The notes: a model not told the origin generated them from the sequence alone. Positions 37,404-52,776 are shown, counted from the stretch's first letter. The stretch: DNA of 64,000 bases from Amoebidium appalachense (GCA_963693365.1 CAVNZM010000001.1:13192418-13256417), one strand, 5' to 3'. Translations and numbers: made by a program.

Positions 37404-37687
37404 TACACACAGAGGCGCACACACATAAGCACACACGCGTGCGCGCGTACACACACAAACACACACACACACATCCTTTTTCAATAATACCATGGCCACG
37501 TTGTGACTGTACACGCACACAGCATACGACACACACACACACGTCGTTAGCCCAGGCACCCACACTTGGACACATTTGGAGGGAAATCCATTGATTTCTG
37601 CGTGTCGCATCTCTCGAATAGCCTTAGAATAGGCATGGTGGTCTTTTTACAACAGAAGATGGTGGTGGGGGTGGGGAAAGAAGGGGA

Positions 37688-37721
<34 letters not shown>

Positions 37722-38367
37722 CTTGTTAAAACTGGTGTGTTTTTAAATAGAAGGCTGCACGAATATCTCTGAGAATTGCTCTATTGGGGACCTGTGTGTA
37801 GATTAAGGTACATGACCTTGTGCCACGGGTCTGGGTGTGTGTGTATGTTTGTGTATAGCGTGGATTTATAGGGCGGGTGTGGGTTGGTGATCGTGTGTGT
37901 GTATGTGTAGGTTTATCTCAGCCTTTGTGTGTACATAGGTTTCTGTATGGTTGAGTGGTTAGGAGGGGTTCAATAGCGGCATGTATGGAGTTTGCCCGAG
38001 CATAGTGAAAGTCGGCAAGGATGTTATTGTGCATGTGGGCCCCGGAGAACTTTTTTTTTTTTTTTTTTTTTTTTTTCCCTTTGTAGGGGGGGGGAGAGGG
38101 AGGAAAAGGGGGAAGGTGGATAACCATTTATGCACCTTTGTCGTCCACTCCACATCAGATGCTTTGCTTCCAATGTGACATGCATGCTCACCAGAACCTC
38201 CCCTCCTCTTCCACACCACTACCACTATCGTCTCACACAAAGCACGAAAACACCCATACACACATACACCATCGCATACACACACATGCATGCACACATA
38301 GCCACACGAGCGCACGCACAAGCATACACACAAACACACACGCAAGCACACACCTGGACACACACAC

Positions 38368-38408
<41 letters not shown>

Positions 38409-38472
38409 GCACACACATGCACACACATACACACACACACACCACACACACACACACGCACACACATGCACA

Positions 38473-38530
<58 letters not shown>

Positions 38531-38594
38531 ACACACACACACACGCACACGCATACACAGTGGGGAGCATGCCATCTCGGCAGCAAGAAGTTGA
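36099..38594 (+). CDS. Uncharacterised hydrophilic protein (~350 aa) with three V[CT]PW[DE] motifs; exons 36099-37063, 37249-37302, 38561-38594
   Basis: 965-nt non-repetitive open first exon with good ATG context (AACATGG). Two short phase-2-compatible downstream exons are less certain. Motifs are LVCPWD, EVTPWE and SVCPWE. Confidence 0.7.
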
Positions 38595-39319
38595 CAGTCG
38601 TCCCTGAGGCACAGCTTTACCCAGGGTTCGAAAGGAAGGGAAGAGCCCGCATGTACATGCACTAATGGTTTAAACTAGTGTAGTACATTTATTTTTCGGA
38701 CTGTGTTAATGTTTGAGCAACTATGTCTATTTACTCATGAATGTATCCTATACAATATCACATATGGTGACTGGGGTGGTCATACCCATCCGATAGCATT
38801 GTGCTTTTCCCATGTATGGTAATGGCATGCCCCATATTTGGCTATTGTCCTCCTTGTCGATTATACTTGTGTTCGTGAGCGTCTTGGTGTTGGTGATGTG
38901 AGAAGGCAGGTGATATGGTTTTAGCTATTTTGTATGAAATAAAACAATCGTGTCTTATTTTGGCATGAAGTACTTTCCACGACAGAGAAACACCCCCCTT
39001 ATATGCCAACTAGCTGATGTTGAAATACATATCTAGCTTCTTTCCTTTCTTGTTCATATATCTTGATTATTAATAATATTACTTTTGGCTTTTGATTTAT
39101 GATTCAAAATAAACCAGGGCTGTTGCAGTGCAGCATGAGTAAAAGGGGTGGATTGACCAATCAGAACATTGCCTATGATTGCAGAGGGTGGGGGGTGGGG
39201 GGGGGCGCATACACACACACACACACACACTGGTTACTAACATGCGCGCGCGAACACACAGCGGGAGAGAGTGTGTGTTCCGGGTCTGAAGGAAAGAGAA
39301 AGATGGGGCGGGGAAGGGG

Positions 39320-39351
<32 letters not shown>

Positions 39352-39787
39352 AGGGGAGAGATTATGGTGCAAGCACACATAATTCAAGCGCACAAACACA
39401 CCAAGACCAGCAAAACGATGCGGGTATTGTCAGATTTTTTGGATTAGCAGACCCTGGGAAACAATACCCAATCACGTGGGCCATCTGCACTTCCACACAC
39501 AGTGCACTGCAGCCGCACTGCACAACCTAGCGCCCAAGAAAAAGAAAAACCTTCAACATCCGAGACAAACCATCGGTTTATAGGAACGGGATAAATCAAC
39601 TGCTTTTAGTAATTACTTGAAAGAGATAACAGTTGAAATTTTTGGGTAGAGATATAACTTAACAGTTTTCGGTAATGAGGTGAACAACAGTTTTTAGTAA
39701 AGAGATACACATACCGCCATTAGCCCTATATTCAAGTAGATAGACGAATTTCTCCAAATCTACAGTATGTACGAATAATCATGGCCC

Positions 39788-40163
39788 CTACTGCCCCGAC
39801 CCAGGCTGAGGATTCAAATCGGGCCAGCCCCACAGTGCAAACACATCATACCCCTGCTCCTGCCCCTGCCCTTCTGTCTCTGCCTGTGACTGTCTGCCCG
39901 TGACTGACTGCACGTGTGTGTTTGCCTGTAGTGCCTGTGCCTGTGCCGGTGCATGTGTGTGTGCCTGTGTGTGTACCTGTGTGTGTAGCTGTGTGTATGG
40001 CTGTGTGTGTGGGTGTGTGTGTGACTGCGGTTGTGCCTGTGGCTGTGTGTGCTGTTGTGTTTGTCCCTGTGCCTGCTGTGTGTGTGGCTCTATGTGTCCG
40101 TGTGCCCGTGCTTGTGCCTGCTGCGTGTGTGGCTGCATGTGTGCCTGTGCCTGTGTGTGTCCA

Positions 40164-40195
<32 letters not shown>

Positions 40196-40238
40196 CTGTG
40201 TGTGTGGCTGCATGTGCGCCTGTGCCTGTGTGTGTCCG

Positions 40239-40282
<44 letters not shown>

Positions 40283-41780
40283 CGCCTGCGCCTGGTACCC
40301 CCCATGCTGCACCCACTGCAAGTGTGCCTGTGCAATAGCCCTCTCCTGCTGCAACCTACACTCACTCTGCAGCATATCCATAATCCTCCTCCCTGCCGCT
40401 TCCAAATCCCCACTCTGCCTCCCACTCTCCCCACCCCCCGCCCCCCCACTCCCAACCCCACCCACCGCTGCTTCTAACAGGGCAATCGAATTTCTCACGT
40501 TTTGCAACTCCCTCGCATTGGCCTGTCCCCGTCTCTCCCCTTCCAAGAGTTTCTTTTGCATGTCCCACAACACCCCAATCTCTTGCACACACGCACTACT
40601 ATCCACATGCAACCCAAACCCACCGAACCCTCCCCCCAAATCTCCTGCATAGCTCGAGACCCCCCCCTGGGCCACCGCCACATGTGATTGGGCCACGCCA
40701 TAGGCTATAGGTTGGAACGCAGACCCGCTATTGGTTTCAGCAGGTACGTGGGCAGGGTTGGAACCAGACTGCCCGGGGTTCTGAATCCTTTGCTGGTGCC
40801 TGTGCCTTAGTTCACGCACTTTCCCCTCCACCTTGGCCACAGTGCCCTCCAGTGATTGGCCAGATGGCATGGGCCTGCTGCCCGATATGACGTCACGGTA
40901 GGAGGCCTCTATCTTGGGGTCCAGGGTCTTGCGTGCAGTGCGGGCAGAGAGGGTGCGGAGTTGGTCGAGTGCTTGCAGCCCACGTCGACGCAGTGCCTGT
41001 GTCTGTGTGTGTGTCTGTGTGTACGTGTGTGTGTGTGGGGGGGGAGGGGGCGAGGGGGGGGGGGGGAGATTTGTTTGAAAGGGGTGTGAGGGAAGGGGAG
41101 GGGGAAGGTGGGAGGTGAGCGATGTGATGGTGGTTGGTGGCACTAGGGACCGGGGCGGGGGGGGGGGGGGGGGGGGGGGGGGGAAGAGGCAGGGGGAGGG
41201 GACGGTTTTATTCCGGGGGGGAAGGGGGGGGGGGGGGGGGGGGGGGGGAGGAGGGGGGGGGGGGGGTGGCTGGGCACTTCCGATATGAGGGGATAGAGTG
41301 GCCCTAGTGATAGCCGGAATAGTGCAATGAGTGGTGTTGCTGGTGGTTCAGCTTGGTGGGTGGGGTGAATGGCTAGGGGTGGGAGGTGTCATAAAGGCAT
41401 TGGGGGGGAAGAGTGGGAAGAGTGGGAAGACCAAGATAATTGATTGGTTGGCACCTATCAAACCAATATATGCTGCATGGGTGTTATTCTCAACAATTGC
41501 GCCGATCGGCACCAATCAAATCTGGTCACATAGATCTTTTACATGCCGCACTGGTAGGCATCAACCCACTGTATTCTGCTACCCGATTGGCCGCAGAATA
41601 GCACCCATAAACTTCACACAGATGACCCAAGAAATTGAGCCTAGGTATTGTATGCCGGGGTGTGGCACGGCACATCTATAGTCAAAAGTCCATATGGTTA
41701 CAGTTCTGGAAGTTTTTTTTTTTTTTTTTTTTTCCCCAGGGGGGGGGGGGGGGGGGGGGGAGGGGGGCTACACCAACCTT

Positions 41781-41815
<35 letters not shown>

Positions 41816-42447
41816 CTAAACCAACCTCATCCTGCTTGGAAGATGGGGCCTGGAGGGGGGTCAGAGACTGTTGCTGTGTGATGACTGTGCCGGGCATATT
41901 TGTCGGTGGGTTTGGGGGCCATGAAAAGAGAGAGGTGGGGGGATCGGCAAGGGGGGTAGAAAGGAGGGTATGAAGGGAGGCAGAGGAAGGATCGGAAAGG
42001 GGGGTAGGTTCGGGCATGGCAAGAGAGGAGAGGGGGTCGACGAGCAAGGGAGGGTTGGGGAGAGATGGTAGAGAGGGGAGGGAAGGGAGGGAGGGGAGGG
42101 AGGGGAGGGAGGTATGAAGGGAGTTGGGGAGGGAGTTGGGGGGGTTTTGGAGGTGGGTAGAAGGTCGGTTTGTGAGTGGGGGGAGTGTGAGAAGAGGGAT
42201 GGAAAGAGGGTTGGTGGGGGGGGTAGTGGTGGTAGTGGGGAGGTGTGAGGATGGGGGGTTGGTGAGGGAAGCGGAAGGGATGGTGGGAAGGGGGGCCAGA
42301 TGAGAGTTGGCTTGGGTGGTCGGCTGTGTAGAGGTCACGGTAGAAGAGAACGTGGGCTGGTGGCAGGCAGGTTGGTGGGCTGGTATCTGCAGCATGCAAA
42401 CATGTAAGTCATGCATCCCTTTTTTATTTTTACTTTTTTTAATTCAA

Positions 42448-42482
<35 letters not shown>

Positions 42483-42780
42483 GGGACTGGTTTGCAGTGG
42501 GTTTGAGCTCCTTTTGATGGGGTATACGTAAGAAATACCAACACAGATGATTGGTCTATGGCACCCGTACTGCTTGTACATGGCCGGCAGTGTAGATGTT
42601 CGGTGTGGTTACATGTAGAATTTTGAATCGAGAATCATTTATGTGCTGCTGTTTCTGATAGTTACTATCATCTGGGGTGCATAGATGCTCATTCCTGCAA
42701 TCTACCGTAAATCTAGGATAGTATGTGATGTGTGCGCCCATATTGAGACTCCAGCACTAGGTGCACGTGACATCCACATA

Positions 42781-42817
<37 letters not shown>

Positions 42818-42887
42818 ACGCTTTAAAAACACACACACACACACACACACGCACACACACATTGACACACAGGCACATACGCGTGTG

Positions 42888-42952
<65 letters not shown>

Positions 42953-42957
42953 ACAGC

Positions 42958-42988
<31 letters not shown>

Positions 42989-44120
42989 CTCCCCCCACCC
43001 ACCCCCCCCCCCCCCCCCCAAAACACACACACACACACACACCCCTACCTGTGCGTTTGTTTGCCTTTCCGCCCCATCCACCCTCTCAGACCCCTCTCCA
43101 CCCCATCCACCGGGTTCCTGTCCAACCAAAGAAAACCCTCCGCGTCTCACAGCCACCCCAGGGCCTTCGTTTGAGTTCAAAAATCCTTCACCCGTCGGCG
43201 TCTCCCTCCCTCCCGCTCCTCCCCTTGTTTGCCCCACATTTATCTCTCCTCCAATGATAATCTTAGGCGAGGACACATGTGGAGTGAACACGTGTGTTCC
43301 AGTTGTTTCTCCACATGTTTTGTTTGCTGTGTGCGTGGTCAAGGTGGTGGTGGGATGTGTGTGTGTGCTCTTCTTCTCGTCGTGTGTCTGTGATGGTAGG
43401 AGGGTGGGGATGGTTTCCACATTGGTTGATTCAGAGTATGGCGTTGGCGTAGGAGGCGTGGTGGTGCCCTCTTTCATGTCGGTCGAGCTACGGCGTGATG
43501 TTTGGTAGGGGTGCTTGGCTGGTGGTGTGTGCTTTGCCCTGCCAGGACGCTTGGCTGAACGGGCTGGGGGTTCGGGTGGGGGCATGTCGAGAATGCCTCT
43601 CTCGTGGAGTGAGTTCAGGCCTGTAGGGGGAGAGGGGGGGGGGGGGGGGGGAGGGGGGGGATGGAGGGGGGTGCGGGAGTTGGGGGGGGGGGGGGAGGGG
43701 AGGGGGGGGGGGGGGGGTAGAAGAAGGGGATGGTGTGCGGTTTGTGTATAGATTATAAGTGTCGATGTGTGAGAGTGTGGTGGTAAAAGAAAATGTGTGT
43801 TAAGTAGGGGGCTGTTGGGTAGTAAGTGGGCTAAGAGGTTGTCTGTGTGTGGAACAGTTGTGTATGTGAATGAAAAATCGGTAAGGAAGGCATTCTTTGT
43901 CTTTAAAAAGGTACGGAGGCAGTGTTGTGTGTTTGAAACAACAGGGATTTTCTTTGTTTGTAAATATTGCCCCCGGGGTGAGGGGGGGGGGGGGGGGGGG
44001 GGGGGGGGGTGTTCTTGTGTGTGCAATATTAGTAGGGATGGGCTCTGTGTGTGTGTGTGTATGCACACCCACTCCTGTCTGTGTTAGGGGCATTGAGGTA
44101 AAGGTGGGGGGGGGGGGAGG

Positions 44121-44152
<32 letters not shown>

Positions 44153-44626
44153 AGACAAACCGGCACCAAAGTTGAGGGCGCTGAGCAGAGCATGTGTGTG
44201 TGTGGTGTCACGGGTAGATGGGGGAGGTGGATGGATGGCTCTGTGTGTGCCCAGCAGGGTGTCCACACGGCCAATCAAATGGCTGCACGTGCACTGATGC
44301 TGCTGCACATAGGACTGCAGACACGTGGGGGGGTTAGTGTGTGTTGTGAGATGTGAAAGAGTTTTTTGGTGTGCTTATTGGATTTAGTGTATTGAATTTA
44401 GTGGGTGGCGTTGGAGGGGGAGGGGGGGGGAGGGGGGGAGGTGGTGTTAGTGTGTGTGTGTGTGTGTGTGTGATAAAAGAGGTTTTTGATGCGCTAATCA
44501 GATTCAGTGGCTGGTATTGAAGGAGAGGAAGTAGAGTGGGTAATTATAATATCATAATTAAAATACTTTTTTGGGAAGGGCTGGAGGTGGGGGGAGCACA
44601 GGGGGGAGGGGGGGCAGGAGAGGGTT

Positions 44627-44671
<45 letters not shown>

Positions 44672-45437
44672 TTTTTTTTTTTTTTTTTTGGGGGGGGGGG
44701 GGGGGGTTCAGCAACATGATATCGGAGCTGTGTTTATGTTTATCCTGGGGGGTATTATAATAGTGGTATCCACTCCCAGAACCCTAGCACCAATCTACCA
44801 CCTTCAACCGCTTCCCTATCTAGAAAATATTATAAGGTCGTATGAGCGACACAAAACAACCCCATTCTCCCCTTGAAAAACGAAAATGATAATCTTTTGG
44901 CTTACCAGAGTGTAAGAGAAAGGCCCCCCTTCGGCTTTCACATTATCCCCTCCCACCCTCCCCCTAACCCCCCCCCCCTTCCCCCACCTCCCCCATTCCG
45001 CGTACACCCACCCACCCACCCACCCACACACACGCTGATGCACATACAAAAACCCTCAGAATTCATATGTTCTCCCCATGGTCAACATGAGATAGAAACA
45101 TAGTATCTGCCGATCAGGCATAAAGAAAACCTACCGTCCAGTCTGTTGGCTGCACGGTCATGCCCTGCACCTGCCTCCTCCACCCTTCCACCATCAGCGA
45201 AATTTCATGGGGGTCTTTACTGGAGAGAAGCTCGGGCCCTGGGGTCAACGAAAATTCTATTAGTGGTTGGTGCTGCTAAGACCCCACCACCACATGCCCC
45301 CCCCCCCCCCCCCCCCTCCCCTCCCCCCCCCCCCCCCCCTCTTCTCTTCCTAGACTGTTCCTTTTCCTTATCTTTGTTCAGTTCTTTTGTGCCTTTTTTT
45401 GACGGTGGTGGTGATGGTGGTGATGGTGGTGGTGTGT

Positions 45438-45491
<54 letters not shown>

Positions 45492-46075
45492 ATTAAACCT
45501 GTGTTGCGCCCAAAGCGTTTCAAGCGGCCCTCGGTTGCACCTCGAAGGTTCGAGTCAATCTTTCGACCCACCTGCCAAACACACGGGTTTATTAGAGGTG
45601 TAGTGATATGAGTGAAATTTCACATGGGGGCATCAGAGAGAACACAGTCATGTGTTGATTAAAGTGCACATGGGCACATTATAATACTGTGAGCTCATAG
45701 GAAGATATACTGCGGTGATAGGATGCATGAAATTCACAAGCGCAGATACAGAGAGTGATCGGGTTTGTGAAATTTTCAAAATGGTGATCCTTTCAAAGCA
45801 GGGTTGGGGCGTATTCCGAAAGACACTCAGGGTCAAGAGGAAAGTATGAGCCTAAGTTGGTGTACCAACTCGAGGTTGTTTTATTTCAGTGCGTGCTTTG
45901 CCATGGGGGAGGGGGGGGGGGGGGAAGGGCGGGGGGAAAAGGGCTGGGGAGGGGCCGGGGGGGGGGGGGGGGGGGAGAAGGGGGGGAGGGGGGAGCCCGG
46001 GGGAAAGAACGGGTGGGGGGGGGGGAGGGGAGAGGGGGGGAGGGGGGGGGGGAGGGAGGAAAGGGAGGGTGGGGG

Positions 46076-46115
<40 letters not shown>

Positions 46116-47096
46116 GTTGGGGGAGAAGGGGGGTAAAAGAAGGTTGGCCGATGACATACATACCAGTACGGGCACAGGCACGAGGGCTGTGAGGGGCAGT
46201 GGGAGGGGACCATGACGGGGGGCCCTTATTCTCTGCTCAAACACACGCAGTTGCGTGAGAAGGGTGGCAAAGATACCGGATACGGTGGACCTGTAAGTGG
46301 GGGGTGGTGGGGTGGTGAGTGTCGGTAGGGTGTATGGTGTGAGGAGGTGAAAGGATGTATGGGGGAGTGGGATCTGCAAATTCAACTGGTCGGTTTGGTG
46401 GAAAGAAAAGAAAGGTCATAGCAGAAGGGGAGAATGAGGAGTTGTTCAAGGCAAAAAAAACATCCCCCTCCCCTCCCCCCTCCCCCTTCGGCACCAAATC
46501 CCCCCCCCCCTCCCCCCCCCCCCCCCCCCCTCCCCACACACACACACCCTTCCCCCCCCTTTCCTCCATGATCCCCTCTCCTCCCCTCCTCCCCTCCCCA
46601 CCCCCTCCCCCCCCGTATATACACCAAAAGCAAGAACAGGAAAAAAGGGGCGGGCAGGGGGAGGGAGGGGGGGGGGGGGGGGGGGGTCGTTGGTATTCCT
46701 TTTTCCCCTGCATTCTTTGCCTGCCAAAAGGCTAAAAGGCTCGATGCAGTGGCATCATGATGATTTCTGCGATTGCGCACATTAGTATGATTATCATATA
46801 TGACAGTTTCACACATACAGGTTAGTTAAATGACACAAACACGTGTTAGTTTCACACACAAACACACACCCTTAGAACAATGCACACACCACAATTAGAA
46901 GCACACACCATAATGACTTCTCTGGCCCGTCTCCACCCAGCAACCCGTACAGCCTCTTCAGGGTTGCACGTATGGCCGTCAAGTCCTCTCTCAGCCCACC
47001 AAAGTCACCGGGTGGGTGGGCCGTGTCTCTGCCTCCCTCCTCCAGTACCTCCGTGTGCACGTGGGGGGGTGGGGGTGCTGCGGATAACTGCGCCAT
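39788..47096 (-). CDS. Orphan protein, ~981 aa, with helical N-terminus, P/S/T-rich middle, helical/coiled-coil segment and QA/QH-rich tail; exons 47096-46909, 46290-46164, 45275-45135, 44314-44167, 43620-43049, 42386-41826, 40996-39788
   Basis: Seven GT-AG exons join in frame without stops (2946 nt). No family recognised, and the start codon is uncertain. Confidence 0.65.
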
Positions 47097-48206
47097 GATA
47101 CATATGGATACTGTATATTGCCCTATATTGCAAGTAGATTTCTGGGACAACCAAGGCACGGAGGAATACTACATAAAGCGCTGCTCAGCTTTCCCAGCGT
47201 CTACTTTCCTTTTCGGTTGTTATTACTACCACAGAAGGGTTGACGTATTAGAAGGGGAGAACTTCGTTATTAACCGTTCTAGTCCCAGTTGTATACGTAT
47301 GTCAACCCCTGAAAAGGCCCTGCATGTCTCTGTCCACCACAGTAACACACCACCACACAGCGTGATGTTTTTGCACCGTCCTAATCGGATATGGTAGGGA
47401 ACATGAAAATTCTGGGCGAACAGAACGACCCACACAGTCGTTTAGCTCGTGTCGAATCTGCCAAGCAGTGCCGTTCCATTTAGAGTACTTGCAAGAAAAT
47501 GCACCAAGAGGGTCCGGAGCAGACAGTTTGTGCAACACTGAATGAATCATTATGAATGAATGGATGGATGCCTCTGAAGAACCACACGTGACTCTACACA
47601 TCACCACAGCACCACTGCCAGCCATGCCAGACGTAGGCGTTCTTTCGGCAATAACGTGTGCTGGGGATATCAACGGTGCTAATGAAGCTAAATGCAACAA
47701 ACATGTCAAGACCTTTTTTTTTTCGAGCACAGCTCCTAGAGACAGCCATTCTTGTCACAGCTCAGGTTTCCTGAGCCCCTTTCTTCCATTTTTAATGCTT
47801 TCTTTTTTTGTTCCGGAGCTCGAGAAAGACCCTCGAAGTTCCCCCAGGTGTTTGTTTTACCCACTCTCCAGCTCACCTACACGAAAACATGATAAAGCCC
47901 AGCTATGTGTATTAGATTCACAGTGACTCGCGTGAAAAGTGAACGTAAAGCTCACAGCAATAATGTGGTATTCTACCCCACAGCAGCCCATTCATTCAGG
48001 CCACCAAAATATCCGGATCCTCGAGAAACCAGAGCGGAAGCTGCGAGATTCAATGGCCATTGCATTCTGTTCGAGATTGAAATGAACTGTGGGGTTTTGG
48101 GTTTTGTCGATGGCAACGACGGTGTTTATTTTCAATGCTAATATGCTGCTACAAAGTAGGGGTCACCGTGCCTAATGGGGCGCCCGGTGTGGGCCGTGCC
48201 TACTTG

Positions 48207-48242
<36 letters not shown>

Positions 48243-48629
48243 ACCTGTGTGTGTGTGCGTGTGCGCCACCCGTGTGTGTGCGTGTGTGCACACGTGCTTG
48301 TGTGGGCTTGCTGTGCCTTCTGAATTAGTGTGGTTGATCAGGCATAGTGCTTTTTGCCTGTTTCCTGCCTGCAAAGCCATTCATGCGTGTCTCTATTTCA
48401 GTTTTCACTACAGTAGGTTCACAGGCAACAGAACTCAACTCAGAACAAGTTGCCACATGTGCCATCACTATTATACTTCCCCTGATTAACCTATGTTGTA
48501 ACCTTAGGCTATTGTATGATCATCCAAATTTAGAAAGCCAACAAAAACGACCACAATACACCACATTTTAAGGCCCAAGATAGCTGGGGCATTGAGCGAC
48601 TGACGTGTGTGTGTGTGTGTGTGTGTGTG

Positions 48630-48669
<40 letters not shown>

Positions 48670-48929
48670 GAGTGGGGGCAAGGTAATGGGAGGGCGCATG
48701 TGCATGTGGGGCCAGGTGTGAGGGTGTGGACTTGGAGCAAGCATTATATGTGCACATGACACAGATCCCTGCCTGTCTCTCTGTGCCATGATATCTTCCC
48801 AAAGACCAGGCTGCATATTGAAAGACAGCGCGTGTGAACGTGTGAACTTGAAAGGGCCCAACTCACACATCCATATTCTAATACACACGAGGAAATTTTT
48901 TAAAATAAAAAAAAATCCAATCACGTGTG

Positions 48930-49087
48930 CTATGCCGTCTTTTCCTTCTTGCCTCCAGCCTCCAGGATAGTAGTCAGGAGCCATGCGTGGGCCGCAAGAA
49001 ACAGCAGCCCGGCGGCCCAGATTTCAAGAAACACGGCCTGGCCGAGAAACTCAAGCGCATATGCTCGTGCAAGCCACAGACCCTGTA

Positions 49088-49164
<77 letters not shown>

Positions 49165-49382
49165 TACCCGCGCGCGCGTGCGTGTGTAAATGGGTGTTAA
49201 TGACGGTGTGATTGGTGTGTTTGCTCGAAGTAGCATCATGACAACAAACGTGAGAAAAAGGAATTGACGAGACAACTTGGCTTGCATGTGGGTCTCTAAG
49301 GATATATGCATCGCCCTGCACCGCAACTACCCAATACATTGTACAACCATAAGCCGTATCCGATGTAGCCTTACCCCCCACT

Positions 49383-49456
<74 letters not shown>

Positions 49457-49463
49457 ACACACA

Positions 49464-49538
<75 letters not shown>

Positions 49539-49801
49539 CAACACCACCACACCTTCAGATGGTTTGGTGTTAGCCCTAACCAAATATCCTCGTAGTAACG
49601 GGCACTTATACAAGCAGGAATGGGAAACTAACCAAAGACGGGTAGTCGGAGACAAAAGAGAGAAATGTGTAGGTTGGCTGGCGAGGGCTGAGAGCAGTTA
49701 TACTTGCGCCATAAAAAAAAGTAGCTGGGGAGGTAGGGGTGTGTGCGTGTGTATGTGTGCGCATGTGCATGTGTGTGTGTGTGCATGTGTGTGTGTGTGT
49801 G

Positions 49802-49835
<34 letters not shown>

Positions 49836-49955
49836 CTGTGCACCTGTGCGGCTGCCCATGCAGCCACTGGGCCGGCCAACTTGGTCAGAGGCAGTCGGGA
49901 TATGACGTCAGGCAGCACGAGGGGTAGTAGGCAGAGGTACCACAGGAAGTACTGT

Positions 49956-50032
<77 letters not shown>

Positions 50033-50169
50033 TGCGTGCGTGTGTGTGTGTGTACATGTGCGTGTGTGTGTGTTGTATGTTGTGTGTGTATATGTGCGCG
50101 TCTGCATGCATGTGTGTGTGCGCAACATTGTGTGTGTGTGTTTTTTTCTTCTTCTTTTTTTTCTTTTTT

Positions 50170-50218
<49 letters not shown>

Positions 50219-50438
50219 AGCAACATGTGAGGGGAACTGCACGAGCCTTTTCTCCCTTGATACACGTATAGGCTTGGCCGGCAACAGCAGTGCGGAGTAA
50301 AGGTAAATTCTGTCCCCCAAAGGATCCTTTGCAGCAAGAAGTACACAAAGCACCATACGGCACACGGTACAATGCACCAGATCCCAAGTGACATTGACAC
50401 GATTTAGCACAACCGCAAATGAGCAAACAAGGGCAGTG

Positions 50439-50513
<75 letters not shown>

Positions 50514-50654
50514 CTGCAAAATAGTGCAAAATGCGAACATCGGTCACCGAAAACATATTGGAGATATGTAAAAAAAGAAGAAAAAGAAAAAGAAAAAAGC
50601 ACATTCAGCATCAGTAGACTCCATCCTCAAAGGGAGAAGGGAGAAGGGAGGGGT

Positions 50655-50719
<65 letters not shown>

Positions 50720-52369
50720 GAGTGTGTGCCCGTGTGTGTGTGTGTGTATGTGTGCGTGCACCCGGGCGTACGCGTGTGTGCGTGTCTGTTTTCCCCCCCC
50801 GGGGGGGGGGGGGGGGGGGGGGGGATCGATAACTACCTGTGAGGTGCAGACCTTGTTGAAGGCCACAAAGGCCACTGTTTGCGCAAACATGGCTAGTTCT
50901 AGCTGCCGCCCATACGCCCACCCTATGGCCTGCATACAAATGATGTTAAAAGTGGGAGGGGGGAGGGGGGGGGGGGGGGGAAGGGGGGGGGGGGGGAAGA
51001 GGCCATAGGAATTACCGGGGTAGAGAGGGGGGGGGGGGGGGAGGGGGGGGGGGGGGGGGGGCGGGTCTCAGCAGTGCTTAGGTATAGTTTCAAACTGGGT
51101 GCAGGTGTGATTGCATTTCTCCACACGGAGAGGTAGTGTAGGGGAGATGGGGGGATTGATGCCAGGGGTTGGATTTGGTGTTGGGGTTAGGATGTAGGAT
51201 GTGAGGTTGGGGAGAGTTTTGCCCCCTGGGGGGGGGGAGAGGGGGGGGGGGGGGGGGGTTTTGAATGCGTCAAAAAGTACGAAGTACACAAGAACAAACG
51301 GATAACACGATGCAGAATGCAAGCCATACATAAAGAGTATGCATAATAAGCAGAGCCCATCCTCAGGGGGGGCCCACGTCATCCACAGTACCCGAGTTTC
51401 GACCTATTCCCCTCGTTAACGAAACCCAACTCAGATACTGGGGGGGGGGGGGGGGGGGGGGGGGGGATCTCTGCCTGCTTTCCAGCAAGATATGCGATGA
51501 TGTGCAAGGGTAGGTTCAGCGGGCAGTGGACTAGAAAGGCCACAAGGTGAGAGGAAGTGGCATGGAGGCAGGAGAGGGGAGGGGAAAGGGGGCGAGGGGG
51601 GGAGACAAGAGAGAAAAGGAGGGTGGCAAGGCACAAGGGAGTAAGGCAAGGGAAGGGGAGACGGAGGGAGAACACAGGTAGGTAGGTGGAGGAAAAGTCG
51701 TGGGCGCGCAGGGGGGGGGGGGGGGGGGGAGGGAAATAGGTATACCAGCAAAAGGATGACCTGGGGCAGGAAGGCCAGTAGGCCCAACAGGTGGGAGTAT
51801 TTAGTATCGAGGGTCAGATACAGCAAGTAGAAGTAGGGCGAGAAGTTGTGCCGGTTGTCTCGTCGGCGCACGTGGTAGAGCAGGGCCTCGTCGACAAAGT
51901 CGGTACCATACCTAAAGGGGGGGGGGGGGGGGGGGGGGGAGGGGGGGGGAGGGGGGGAGAGGAGGGGGGGAAGGTCAAAATGTATTAGGGTACGAAGGAC
52001 ATATTCACGACGGGCAACACAATACGGATTGCAAATGCACCCATGGGAGATTTTTTATTTTTTTATTGTGTGTGTGTGTTGGGGGGGGGGGGGGGGGGGG
52101 GGGGAAAGGGGGGGGGGAAGGGGGGAAGGAGAGCTGGTGAAAAAGTATGGTCCAAGGAAAGGCATTGGATGATCTGTGGAGTGTGAGTGTGTATGTCTGC
52201 CTGTCTCTCACAGAGAATGATTGCAGACAGGAATGGACTCAAGACCAAAGAGGGTAGGGTGGAGGAACTGTGTGAGACAGCCAGACCAAAAAAAATCATA
52301 ACCAAAGAGAGACTAAGGGCATTGAGCACAAAGGCCAGGGGTTCCTGACATGGGCGGGGACGAGGGGGA

Positions 52370-52409
<40 letters not shown>

Positions 52410-52745
52410 GGGGGGGGGATGTTACATACATGTACCACATGGCATATGTCAGCGCAAACAGAGACCCAGCCGTGACCACAGCGCACTGCACCCTCGTACG
52501 TGTGGGCCACAGTCTATTAATAGCACTCGGTGGGCCAGGGGGGTCCGGCAGACTGAGATAGAGCGGCCAAGAATAGACTAGAGGGTAGAGCTTGAGGTGG
52601 ATGGCTAGGCCCAACAGGAGGCCTGATGTGGTGTAGTGCCGGGTTTGCACGGCATAGAGGGTGGACAGGACCGAGATGGCAATGAGTGACTCGGCACTAC
52701 CCCGGGTAGACACTGTGGCCACCATGGGGTTGAGCAGCCAGAGAC

Positions 52746-52776
<31 letters not shown>

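Noticed and set aside
45500-45590. tRNA or tRNA-SINE (GGTTCGAGTC B-box; similar GGTTCGATTC at ~34890)
   Set aside because: No cloverleaf, acceptor stem or properly spaced A-box could be built.
51355-51410. Hammerhead ribozyme in the C-tract repeat (minus strand GAAAC-TCGG-GTA and CTGAGGA)
   Set aside because: Core words are present, but stems I and II do not pair and other copies lack the GAAA. Worth re-testing only on a family consensus.
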